Positions 52,741 through 61,188 of a DNA stretch of 64,000 bases are shown here, piece by piece. Positions within the stretch are counted from its first letter, which is position 1; every line of letters begins with the position of its first letter. The notes under the pieces are model-generated. The model worked only from the letters and a program-made list of their open reading frames with translations, made no database searches and was not told the origin of the DNA. The stretch is from Desulfovibrio sp. Its GTDB lineage: Bacteria > Bacillota > Dethiobacteria > DTU022. Both the position numbers and the translations under genes were made by a program. The stretch covers positions 4,734 through 68,733 of the forward strand of contig JAGUZX010000135.1 of the NCBI GenBank assembly GCA_020060545.1. Reading direction: 5' to 3'.

Positions 52741-54881
52741 CCGGCCTGTTTGATGGAGAGGGAGATGCGGTGGCGGACCGGGTCGATGGAGAGGATCTTG
52801 ACCGGCACGACCGCTTCAATCTGCAGCGCCTCCAGCGGATGCTTGATATAGCGGTCCGCGATCTCCGAAATATGGACCAGGCCGTCCTGGTGCACCCCGA
52901 TATCGACAAAGGCGCCAAAGTCGACGATGTTGCGCACGATCCCCATCAGGACCATACCGGGCTTGAGCTCTTCCAGCCCGGTGACCGATTTTAAAAATAC
53001 CGGCTTGGGCAGCTCTTCGCGGGGATCCCGGCCCGGCTTGCGGAATTCATCGAGGATGTCGCGCAGCGTCGGTTCACCCGCGCCCAGGCGGCCAGCCAGG
53101 CCGGCGATCTCCGCCGGGGTAAGGTCGGGGATTAAGGCGGGGTGGCCCAAATGCTCCGGCTCAATCCGCAGTTCGCTCATGACCCGGCGGCCCAGGTCAT
53201 ACGATTCGGGATGCACGGCGCTGCGCTCGAGGTAGTCCGCGCTTTCCGGGAGCCGCAGGAAGCCGGCGCACTGGCGGAAAACTTTCGGCCCCAGCCCGGG
53301 AACGGCCAGCAGCTCCGCGCGAGACTTGATCGAACCTTTTTCCCCGCGGTAGCCGACGATCCGCTCGGCTACCGTCTTGTTAATCCCGGCCACGTAGGAG
53401 AGCAGCGGCGCGGAAGCCGTGTTCAAGTCCACGCCGACGCTGTTCACGCAGCTCTCCACCGAACCCGCCAGGGCCTCCTCCAGCTCTTTCGGGGGCATAT
53501 CATGCTGGTATTGCCCCACCCCGATCGACTTGGGGTCGATTTTCACCAGCTCGGCCAGCGGATCCTGCAGGCGGCGGGCGATCGAAACAGCGCTCCGCTC
53601 GGCCACATCGAGGGCCGGAAACTCCCGGCCGGCCAGGGGCGAGGCCGAGTAGACGCTGGCCCCGGCCTCGTTGACGATGGTATACTCCAGGGGGAGATTG
53701 TGCTCTTTGATCAGGTCGGCGATAAACTGCTCGCTTTCCCGCGAAGCGGTCCCGTTGCCCACGGCGATGCAATTGATCCGGTGTTCCTGCAGCAGGCGCA
53801 GGACCACCGCCGCGGCCCCCTCGCGGTCGTTCTTGGGCGGGGTGGGATAAACGGTGGCCACCGCGAGCAGCGCACCGGTTTCGGAGACACAGGCCAGCTT
53901 GCACCCCGTGCGGAAGCCGGGATCCCATCCCATCACCCGCCGCTGCCGCACCGGGGGGACGAGAAGCCTCTTTTTTAAATTCTCCTTGAACACACCGATC
54001 GCTCCCGCCACCGCCTCCTCGACCAGGCTGCTCCAGGTCTCCCGCTCCAGGGAAGGAAAGATAAGCCTCCGGTAGCTGTCCGCGGCCGACGCCTTAAGCA
54101 GTGCGCGGCATGGCTCCGCGGCGCCGGGCTTGATCAGCTGCTTTTCAATCAACCCCAGGCAGGCGTCTTCCGCTATCTCAATTTTTAAACCCAGTGCATT
54201 TTCTTTCAGCCCCCGGTTTATCGCCAGCACCCGGTGGGGCTTAATCCGGGCTGCCGGTTCGCTGTACCCGGCATAATCGTCGTAGGTGTGCAGCTCCGTT
54301 TCCGCTTTTTCGGCACGGATGACGCCCTGCCCCTTAAACAGGGCGCGCAGCTCCTTTCGCACAGCCGCGTCGTCGGAGACGATCTCGGCGATGATATCCA
54401 TGGCGCCCTGGAGCGCCGCCGCCGCGTCAGGCACGCCAAGCTCAGGGTTGACGCACCCCTCCGCCGCCGCCCGCGCGTCGCAATCTCCGGCCATGATCGC
54501 CAGCGCCAGCGGTTCCAGCCCCTTCTCCCTGGCGGCGGTGGCCCGGGTCCGCCTTTTGGGGCGGAAAGGGCGGTAAAGGTCGTCCAACTCCGTTACCGTT
54601 GCCGCCGCCTCCACCCGGGCGGCTAGTTCGGGAGTCAGCGCGCCCTGGGCTTCGATCAGGCGCAGGACGTCCAGGCGTTTCTGTTCGAGGTTGCGGTAGT
54701 GCAGCAGCCTTTCGGAGAGCCGGCGGATCGCCTCGTCGCTGAGGCCGCCGGTCATCTCCTTGCGGTAGCGGGCGACAAAGGGGATCGTATTGCCCTCGTC
54801 GAGCAGCGCCGCCGTCTGCCTGACTTGCGGTTCGGGAATGTTTAACTCATTGCTGATGCGCCGGCAGATTTGTTCATGCAT
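52737..54881 (-). CDS. tex: Transcription accessory protein Tex (S1 RNA-binding domain protein)
   Basis: 714 aa. HTH/YqgF/HhH/S1 architecture. N-terminal FVARYRKEMTGGL motif. Confidence 0.9.
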   Translation of the reverse strand: MHEQICRRISNELNIPEPQVRQTAALLDEGNTIPFVARYRKEMTGGLSDEAIRRLSERLLHYRNLEQKRLDVLRLIEAQGALTPELAARVEAAATVTELDDLYRPFRPKRRTRATAAREKGLEPLALAIMAGDCDARAAAEGCVNPELGVPDAAAALQGAMDIIAEIVSDDAAVRKELRALFKGQGVIRAEKAETELHTYDDYAGYSEPAARIKPHRVLAINRGLKENALGLKIEIAEDACLGLIEKQLIKPGAAEPCRALLKASAADSYRRLIFPSLERETWSSLVEEAVAGAIGVFKENLKKRLLVPPVRQRRVMGWDPGFRTGCKLACVSETGALLAVATVYPTPPKNDREGAAAVVLRLLQEHRINCIAVGNGTASRESEQFIADLIKEHNLPLEYTIVNEAGASVYSASPLAGREFPALDVAERSAVSIARRLQDPLAELVKIDPKSIGVGQYQHDMPPKELEEALAGSVESCVNSVGVDLNTASAPLLSYVAGINKTVAERIVGYRGEKGSIKSRAELLAVPGLGPKVFRQCAGFLRLPESADYLERSAVHPESYDLGRRVMSELRIEPEHLGHPALIPDLTPAEIAGLAGRLGAGEPTLRDILDEFRKPGRDPREELPKPVFLKSVTGLEELKPGMVLMGIVRNIVDFGAFVDIGVHQDGLVHISEIADRYIKHPLEALQIEAVVPVKILSIDPVRHRISLSIKQAG

Positions 54882-54898
54882 AGCTTCCTCCCTGCCCC

Positions 54899-55041
54899 TG
54901 GGGTCAGACCTTGAATTGTGAATTAATTAGATTTCCCGAGGAAATATCCTACGCCCTGAATCGAGAACTCACATTTCAAAGTCTAACCCTATTTTTCCCC
55001 TATTTTTCCCAAGTTAGCTCACAATTCAAGGTCTGACCCCA
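54899..55041. repeat. Perfect 23-bp inverted repeat (TGGGGTCAGACCTTGAATTGTGA) flanking a 97-bp spacer with internal tandem CCTATTTTTCC x2 and palindrome ATTTCCcgaGGAAAT
   Basis: Arms at 54899-54921 and 55019-55041 are exact reverse complements. Lies between the HD-gene stop and the tex start; the tex RBS begins 7 nt from the proximal arm. Confidence 0.85.
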
Positions 55042-55042
55042 T

Positions 55043-56239
55043 TCATTTTATTTTGAAGTAGCCGAAAAGACGGCCGAAATCGATCCCGGCCACATTTTTA
55101 TGTTCGTACATGGCGAAAAGCTGCCGGTTTGCCTGCTCCAGGGGAAAGGATTTAATCCCGTGCGAGATGGAAAGGAAGGTTTCGATATACGCCGCCAGCT
55201 GGTCGCAGGCTTTGATCACCTCCCCGTCAAGAGGGGAAAAGCGGTCAAAGTTATATTTTTCGTTGATTTCCAGGGAGGTCACCGGAGTGATCAAGCCGTC
55301 CCGCACGATTTTGCTCTGGAACTCGTTCTCGGTAAAATACCTGATTTCAGAGTGCCAGGAGGCCGGCAGAAGCGGAAAAATCCGTTCCTCCATCTGCCTG
55401 TGTTCAATCTCCTTGATGATCTCTTCGATCCCTTCCACCGAGCGCTTCACCGGGGAGACGATATCCCGCGTCATCACCTCGGGCAGGTCGTGGAAGAGGC
55501 CGGCGAAGTAGTTGTTGTAGATCCGTTTCGGGCAGGCCTCCAGCTCGACGGAGCAAAGGAAGGAGAACAGGGCGACGATGAGCATGTGTCCCATCACCGA
55601 CGTCTTGGGCACCCGGGGCGATTGAGCCCAGCGCTGCTGGAACCGGAGCTGCCCCACCAGGTCCAGGAAGTTTCCGGTTTTCTTGTTCAGGTTCAGCTTT
55701 TGCACCCCGGCCAGGTCGAAATGCTCTTCAATCTGGTTTTCGATGGCGGCCTTTGTCTCCGCCAGGCCGTAAAGATTGGCATTGAGGTTGTAGATGATTT
55801 TAAACTCCCAGTTGGTGGCCATGTAGTGGGCCGCCTTGAGGATCTTTTTTTCCAGCAGCCCTTGATCGCCCGGCGAAAAGTAGCGCTCCATCCGGCCCGG
55901 GAGATCACCTTTGAGCGGGGCCAGCGGGCCGCGCAGTTTCTCCAGGACCCAGCGGTTCAGCTGCTCTCCCTTTTCGGCCATCAATTTGTGGAATACGGGC
56001 GGCTTAATGTCGGTAAGCACAATCCGGTGCAGGAATTCATAAAGCCCGCCTTCAATCAAGGTGCGCCAGTCGACGGCAGCGCCCCGGTCCGCTTCTTCCA
56101 TCCTGGCCAGGACATAAGCGAAGACCATTTTGTGGGCTTGCTTGTCCAGCTCGGTGAAGTGATCCGGCCTGAGATGGTCGTTCCAGCGCTGGATGCTGGC
56201 CGCTTCAAACAGTAGTTCGAGCAGTTCCTTGCCAATCAT
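55043..56239 (-). CDS. HD-domain phosphohydrolase family protein
   Basis: About 400 aa. H...HD...D metal-binding pattern (GLFHDLPEV). Start at MIGKELLELL. Confidence 0.55.
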   Translation of the reverse strand: MIGKELLELLFEAASIQRWNDHLRPDHFTELDKQAHKMVFAYVLARMEEADRGAAVDWRTLIEGGLYEFLHRIVLTDIKPPVFHKLMAEKGEQLNRWVLEKLRGPLAPLKGDLPGRMERYFSPGDQGLLEKKILKAAHYMATNWEFKIIYNLNANLYGLAETKAAIENQIEEHFDLAGVQKLNLNKKTGNFLDLVGQLRFQQRWAQSPRVPKTSVMGHMLIVALFSFLCSVELEACPKRIYNNYFAGLFHDLPEVMTRDIVSPVKRSVEGIEEIIKEIEHRQMEERIFPLLPASWHSEIRYFTENEFQSKIVRDGLITPVTSLEINEKYNFDRFSPLDGEVIKACDQLAAYIETFLSISHGIKSFPLEQANRQLFAMYEHKNVAGIDFGRLFGYFKIK

Positions 56240-56414
56240 GGTCCCGCCCCCAAGAGTATCAATTCTTACGGTCAAGCGGTACAGGTAAGTTATTTTCGCC
56301 TTAAAGCCCGGTAATTCCTGCCGCAGGGAATCTAAAGTTAGAGAGACAAAATACCCCTTTCAGGAAGGGGTATTGAGAAAAGAAACTATTTATTTGCGCC
56401 CGGCTGGCCGTTTC

Positions 56415-57890
56415 TTAGAGGATGATGGCGATCAAGCCGCCGCTTCCCTCGTTGATGATCTTCTCCAGCGTTTCCTGGAGCTTTTCCTGCGCGTTGGGAG
56501 GCATATTACCCAGCTTGCCGGTAATGCCGTCCTGGACCAGTTCATGGAGGGATTTGCCGAAAATCTGCGACTCCCAGAGCTTTTCGGGATTATCCTCGAA
56601 TTCGCCCATGAGATAATTGACCAGCTCTTCGCTTTGTCTCTCCGAACCCACGACCGGGGTAAACTCTGATTTCACGTCCACCCTGATCAGGTGTAAAGAC
56701 GGAGCGCTGGCCCGCAGCCTGACCCCGAAGCGACCTCCCTGGCGGATGATTTCGGGCTCCTCCAGGGTCATCTCTTCCAAGGCCGGGGGAACGATCCCGT
56801 AGCCGACTTCCGAGACCTGGTAGAGAGCCTCTGCTAGTTTGTCGTACTCCCGCTTGGCCCTGGAGAAATCCTTGATCACCCGCATTACATCCGCGTCCCC
56901 GCTGATCTCTTCGCCGCAGTATTCCGCCAGGATCTGCTCAAACATACCGGCAGGCGTGTCCAGGCGGATTTCCGCTTCCCCTTTCCCCAGGTCGATTTGC
57001 CGCAGCACGGCACTTGCCACAAAATCGTAGGTTTTGAATTTTTCCAGCAGGCCGCTCACTTCGCGCACCCGGTTTACCGCGGCCACGTTTTCCCCGATGC
57101 ACCGGTCAAAACCGTCTTTCAACCAGTGCCCTTTATCGAGGACGTCCACCCAGGCCGGGGGGTGCACCACCACGTCCCGCACCGGGAACTCGTAGAGGGC
57201 TTCTTCCAATACGATATCCAGGTCAGCCTGGTTCAACTCCAGGCAGTTCAGGTTGATCACCGGCACGTCATATTTGATCGACAGCTCCTCCTGCAGGGCG
57301 CAGGCTTCCTCGGAGCGCGGGTAAACCGAGTTCAGCAGCACGACAAAAGGTTTTCCCAGCTCTTTCAACTCCTCGATTACCCTTTCTTCGGCCTCCACGT
57401 AGCTTTCCCTGGGTATCTCGGTAATCGAACCATCAGTCGTAATCACCACGCCGATGGTAGAGTGGTCGGCAATAACCTTCCGGGTGCCCAGCTCCGCCGC
57501 TTCCTGAAACGGGATATCGTAGTCAAACCAGGGTGTTGAAACCATGCGCGGGCCTTCCTCGTCTTCGTAGCCGGAAGCTCCCGCCACGGTATAGCCGACG
57601 CAGTCAACCAGGCGGATCCGCATCAGGATATTCTCGCCCACGGTAATTTCCACAGCATCATCGGGCACAAACTTCGGCTCCGTGGTCATAATCGTTTTCC
57701 CGCCGCTGCCCTGAGGCAGTTCGTCGCGCGCCCGCTCCAGTTCCATCGGGTCTTCAATCTTGGGCAGGACAAACATTTCCATAAACTTGCGGATAAATGT
57801 TGATTTTCCTGTCCGGACCGGCCCGACCACTCCCAAATAGATATCGCCCCCGGTACGCTCTACCAGATCGCTAAACAGGTCAAATTCCAC
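56415..57890 (-). CDS. spoIVA: Stage IV sporulation protein A (spore coat morphogenetic ATPase)
   Basis: 491 aa. Walker A GPVRTGKST, with full-length SpoIVA-like architecture. Confidence 0.9.
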   Translation of the reverse strand: MEFDLFSDLVERTGGDIYLGVVGPVRTGKSTFIRKFMEMFVLPKIEDPMELERARDELPQGSGGKTIMTTEPKFVPDDAVEITVGENILMRIRLVDCVGYTVAGASGYEDEEGPRMVSTPWFDYDIPFQEAAELGTRKVIADHSTIGVVITTDGSITEIPRESYVEAEERVIEELKELGKPFVVLLNSVYPRSEEACALQEELSIKYDVPVINLNCLELNQADLDIVLEEALYEFPVRDVVVHPPAWVDVLDKGHWLKDGFDRCIGENVAAVNRVREVSGLLEKFKTYDFVASAVLRQIDLGKGEAEIRLDTPAGMFEQILAEYCGEEISGDADVMRVIKDFSRAKREYDKLAEALYQVSEVGYGIVPPALEEMTLEEPEIIRQGGRFGVRLRASAPSLHLIRVDVKSEFTPVVGSERQSEELVNYLMGEFEDNPEKLWESQIFGKSLHELVQDGITGKLGNMPPNAQEKLQETLEKIINEGSGGLIAIIL

Positions 57891-57957
57891 CGTTCATCCC
57901 TCCTTTGCTTTCTGATTGTATCCTCACCGTGTTGGAGGATCAGCGAAATCTAACAAT

Positions 57958-57987
57958 ACATATATATGTTCAAGGGAGGACAATATG
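57958..57987 (-). promoter_or_regulatory. Sigma-E-type sporulation promoter upstream of spoIVA (-35 TCATATT, 13-bp spacer, -10 CATATATA)
   Basis: On minus strand: TCATATT (57987-57981), 13-bp spacer, CATATATAT (57967-57959). About 65 nt upstream of the spoIVA ATG with AAAGGAGGG RBS. Confidence 0.5.
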
Positions 57988-57998
57988 ACCACCTGTAC

Positions 57999-58056
57999 AT
58001 AAAAAAAGACTAACCGGTAGAGCCGGGCCGCAGGGGCGCGGCGCGCCGGGCAAACC
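57999..58056 (-). terminator. Putative intrinsic terminator after the der-plsY-gpsA operon (GC-rich palindromic stem followed by U7)
   Basis: Minus strand: ...CCGGCGCGCCG... GC-rich structure then TTAGTCTTTTTTT. Confidence 0.45.
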
Positions 58057-58223
58057 GGAAGCCAGGGGGCGCATCACTGAGGTCGGAGCTCGGACGAAAA
58101 AGCATCTTCTTTGAAAAGCTGGCAGATGCGCTCTTGTAAAGGCGAAAGGGTTCTGTCTCAATGGCGCGGTAAGCCGCACCCTGCGGCGGGAAAAGTGACG
58201 TGCTTTTGTGTGTGCTACACGTC

Positions 58224-59240
58224 TTAATCGAAGGCGATGTCTTCGATTTCCGCCCTGGGCTCCCGCAGCATTAAAGCCTCCACCGCCTGCCGGGGCAGCT
58301 TTCCTTCGTAAAGGACGCGGTATATTTCGCCGGTGATCGGCATCTCCACCCCCACCTGCCGGGAAAGCTCCCACGCGGCCCTGGTGGTAAGAACGCCTTC
58401 GGCCACCATCTTCATCCCGGCCTGGATTTCCCCGAGGGGTATCCCCAGGCCCAGCTTCAGGCCCACGGCGCGGTTGCGGCTGTGGCCGCTGGCGCAGGTG
58501 ACAAACAGGTCCCCCAGCCCGGCCAGTCCCGTAAAAGTGCCGGCGCGGGCGCCCATGGCCGTGCCGAGGCGGGTTATTTCCACCAGGCCCCTGGTAAGCA
58601 GGGCCGCCCGGGTATTGTCACCCAGGCCCAACCCTTCCACGATCCCCGCCCCCAGGGCGATCACGTTTTTCAAGGCTCCGCCCATTTCCACCCCGATCAG
58701 ATCGGGGTTGGTATAGACCCGGAAGTAAGGGTTAAACAAGGCCTCCTGGACTTTGAGCGCGGTTTCCCGGTTGCCGGAGGCGACCACCGTGGCGGTGGGG
58801 ATGCCCCGGGAAACCTCTTCGGCATGGTTGGGGCCGGAAAGGACGGCGATCCGGTCGTGGTAGAGCGCCGGCAGCTCCTGCGCCAATACCTGAGACATGC
58901 GCAGGTAGCTCCGCTCTTCAAGCCCCTTGGCCCCGCAGACGATCACCGCCCGCGCCGCCAGGTGCTCCCGGATCATCTTTGCCACCGCCCTGACCCCGTG
59001 CGAGGGAACCGCCAGCAAGACCAGGGTTTTGCCATGCAGCGCTTCGGCCGCGTTCATGGTCGGGCGGACTCCCGCAGGCAGTTTTACCCCGGGCAGGTAG
59101 GTCTCGTTGATCCGCTTCAGGACAATGGTTTTGTAAGCTTCGCTGCCGCGCACCCACAGGCTTACTTCCGCCCCCTGCCCGGCCAGCATGACCGCCAGGG
59201 CTGTTCCCCAGCCGCCCGCCCCGATTACCGCCGCCTCCAT
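58224..59240 (-). CDS. gpsA: NAD(P)H-dependent glycerol-3-phosphate dehydrogenase
   Basis: AVIGAGGWGTALA Rossmann motif and GpsA C-terminal domain. Confidence 0.9.
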   Translation of the reverse strand: MEAAVIGAGGWGTALAVMLAGQGAEVSLWVRGSEAYKTIVLKRINETYLPGVKLPAGVRPTMNAAEALHGKTLVLLAVPSHGVRAVAKMIREHLAARAVIVCGAKGLEERSYLRMSQVLAQELPALYHDRIAVLSGPNHAEEVSRGIPTATVVASGNRETALKVQEALFNPYFRVYTNPDLIGVEMGGALKNVIALGAGIVEGLGLGDNTRAALLTRGLVEITRLGTAMGARAGTFTGLAGLGDLFVTCASGHSRNRAVGLKLGLGIPLGEIQAGMKMVAEGVLTTRAAWELSRQVGVEMPITGEIYRVLYEGKLPRQAVEALMLREPRAEIEDIAFD

Positions 59241-59241
59241 T

Positions 59242-59859
59242 TTAGGAGGCACCTTCTTCGGGCCGCTTGACCTTTTGCCCGAATTTGGACTCGGTTCCCT
59301 TCAGCAGCCGGCCGATATTGGCATGGTGGCGCAGGACAACCAGCAGGGCCATGGCGGCGCCGAACCATACGTACAGCGAAGAGAACCCGGGGAACAACCA
59401 GAATAAGAGGGGCAGCGAGAGCGCGCCAATGATGGAACCGAGGGAAACATAACGGGTTGCCGCGACGGCGGCGGCGAACAGGAATACCACGATCAGGGTA
59501 AGCCAGCCGGCCAGGGGGATCAGGACGCCGACCCCGGTGGCGGCCCCCTTGCCTCCCCTGAAACCAAGAAATACCGGAAAGCTGTGCCCCACCAGCACCG
59601 CCAAACCGGCCGCCAGCGGGTAGACCGCCGCTTCCGGGCTCAAGGCCCGGGCGATTAAAACCGCGGCGGCGCCTTTCCCCGCGTCAAGCAGGAACACCGG
59701 GAGCGCATAGCGCCACCCCAGCAGGCGCAATACATTGGTAGCGCCGATATTGCCGCTGCCGTGGCGGCGGATATCGATTCTTCCCACCAGGCGGGTCAAC
59801 AGGTAGCCGAAAGGGATTGACCCGAGCAGATAAGCGAGTCCGATCACCAGGTAACCCAT
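59242..59859 (-). CDS. plsY: Glycerol-3-phosphate acyltransferase PlsY (paralogue 2, in conserved der-plsY-gpsA block)
   Basis: GSGNIGATN and HSFPVFLGFRGGKG motifs. Confidence 0.85.
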   Translation of the reverse strand: MGYLVIGLAYLLGSIPFGYLLTRLVGRIDIRRHGSGNIGATNVLRLLGWRYALPVFLLDAGKGAAAVLIARALSPEAAVYPLAAGLAVLVGHSFPVFLGFRGGKGAATGVGVLIPLAGWLTLIVVFLFAAAVAATRYVSLGSIIGALSLPLLFWLFPGFSSLYVWFGAAMALLVVLRHHANIGRLLKGTESKFGQKVKRPEEGAS

Positions 59860-59862
59860 TTT

Positions 59863-61188
59863 TTACTCTCCTTTCCCCAACCGCTGCCGTAATTTGATCC
59901 TGATCGGGGTGCCGCTGAAACCGAATGATTCCCGCAACCGGTTTTCCAGGTAGCGGCGGTATGAAAAATGCATCAATTGGGGGTTGTTTACAAAAAAGAT
60001 AAACGTCGGCGGCTTCACCTCCGGCTGGGTGGCGTAGTAAATCTTCAGGCGCTTCCCCTTCTGGGAGGGGGGCGGGTTAACCGCCAGCGCGTCTGCGACC
60101 AGCTCGTTCAGCAACGGGGTGGCAATCCGCTTATGCTGCTCCTGCCAGGTCTGCCGGATCAGCGGAAAAAGCTGTTCCACCCGGCGGCCGGTCAGCGCGG
60201 ATACAAAAACGGCAGGCGCGTAAGGCACGAAAGCAAAGTTATGCCGGAGCGCTGCGGTGAATTTTTCGCGGGCCTTTTCATGCTTTGCCGCCAGGTCCCA
60301 TTTATTCACAACCAGGATCAATCCACGCCCCACCTGATCCGCGTAGCCGGCCAGCTTCTGATCCTGTTCGGCAATCCCTTCGGAGCCGTCCAGCACCAGC
60401 AGCGCCAGGTCGGCCCGCTGGATCGCTTTGAGGGAGCGGACGACGCTGTAGTATTCCACCGCCTCCTTGACCTTGCTTTTGCGGCGCACTCCGGCGGTAT
60501 CGATAAAGATATAGCTCTCGTCCCCGCGGCGGAACCAGGTATCCACGGCCTCCCTGGTCGTGCCGGGGGTATCGTTTACGATCACCCTCTCTTCGCCGAG
60601 GATGTTGTTGATCAGGGAAGACTTCCCCACGTTGGGCCGCCCCACCACCGCCACCCTCACCGCATCGGCGGGGTAAGCCGCCTCTTCCCCCGCGGGCAGC
60701 AGGCTGCAGATCCGGTCGAGCAGGTCGCCGGTGCCGCGCCCGTGGGACGCCGAAACGGGCATGATCTCCCCCAGCCCGAGACGGTAAAAGGGGTAAACTT
60801 CAGCCGCGGCCTCCGGATGATCGATCTTGTTTGCCACGGGGATAATAGTTTTGCCGCTGCGGCGCAGCAGGCCGGCGATCTCCTGGTCCAGGGCGGTCAG
60901 CCCTTCCCGGGCGTCCAGGATAAAGAGGATCAGGCCGGCCTCTTCCACGGCGAGCGCCGCCTGGCGCCTGACCTGTTCGGTCAGCGGGTTGTCCCCGTCA
61001 AAAGTGATCCCGCCGGTGTCGATCACGATAAAGCTGCGCCCGCACCATTCGGCTAAACCGTAAAGGCGATCCCTGGTGACCCCGGGCACCTTCTCCTCGA
61101 TCGCCGTTCGGGCGGCGGTAAGGCGGTTGAAAAGGGTTGATTTCCCCACGTTGGGGCGGCCGACGATGGCGACAATACCGCTGCTCAT
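59863..61188 (-). CDS. der: Ribosome-biogenesis GTPase Der (EngA), tandem GTPase domains plus KH-like domain
   Basis: Two G-domains (GRPNVGKS twice). Confidence 0.9.
   Translation of the reverse strand: MSSGIVAIVGRPNVGKSTLFNRLTAARTAIEEKVPGVTRDRLYGLAEWCGRSFIVIDTGGITFDGDNPLTEQVRRQAALAVEEAGLILFILDAREGLTALDQEIAGLLRRSGKTIIPVANKIDHPEAAAEVYPFYRLGLGEIMPVSASHGRGTGDLLDRICSLLPAGEEAAYPADAVRVAVVGRPNVGKSSLINNILGEERVIVNDTPGTTREAVDTWFRRGDESYIFIDTAGVRRKSKVKEAVEYYSVVRSLKAIQRADLALLVLDGSEGIAEQDQKLAGYADQVGRGLILVVNKWDLAAKHEKAREKFTAALRHNFAFVPYAPAVFVSALTGRRVEQLFPLIRQTWQEQHKRIATPLLNELVADALAVNPPPSQKGKRLKIYYATQPEVKPPTFIFFVNNPQLMHFSYRRYLENRLRESFGFSGTPIRIKLRQRLGKGE

Noticed and set aside
54899-55041. Interpreting the 23-bp inverted-repeat element as a MITE or IS remnant
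   Set aside because: No flanking target-site duplication, and no transposase or other copy within the window. It is left as an unexplained structured element rather than called mobile.
57970-58374. 134-aa minus-strand ORF spanning the spoIVA promoter and the gpsA 3' end
   Set aside because: Arg/Gly-rich nonsense translation overlapping the gpsA coding sequence and the terminator; no start context.
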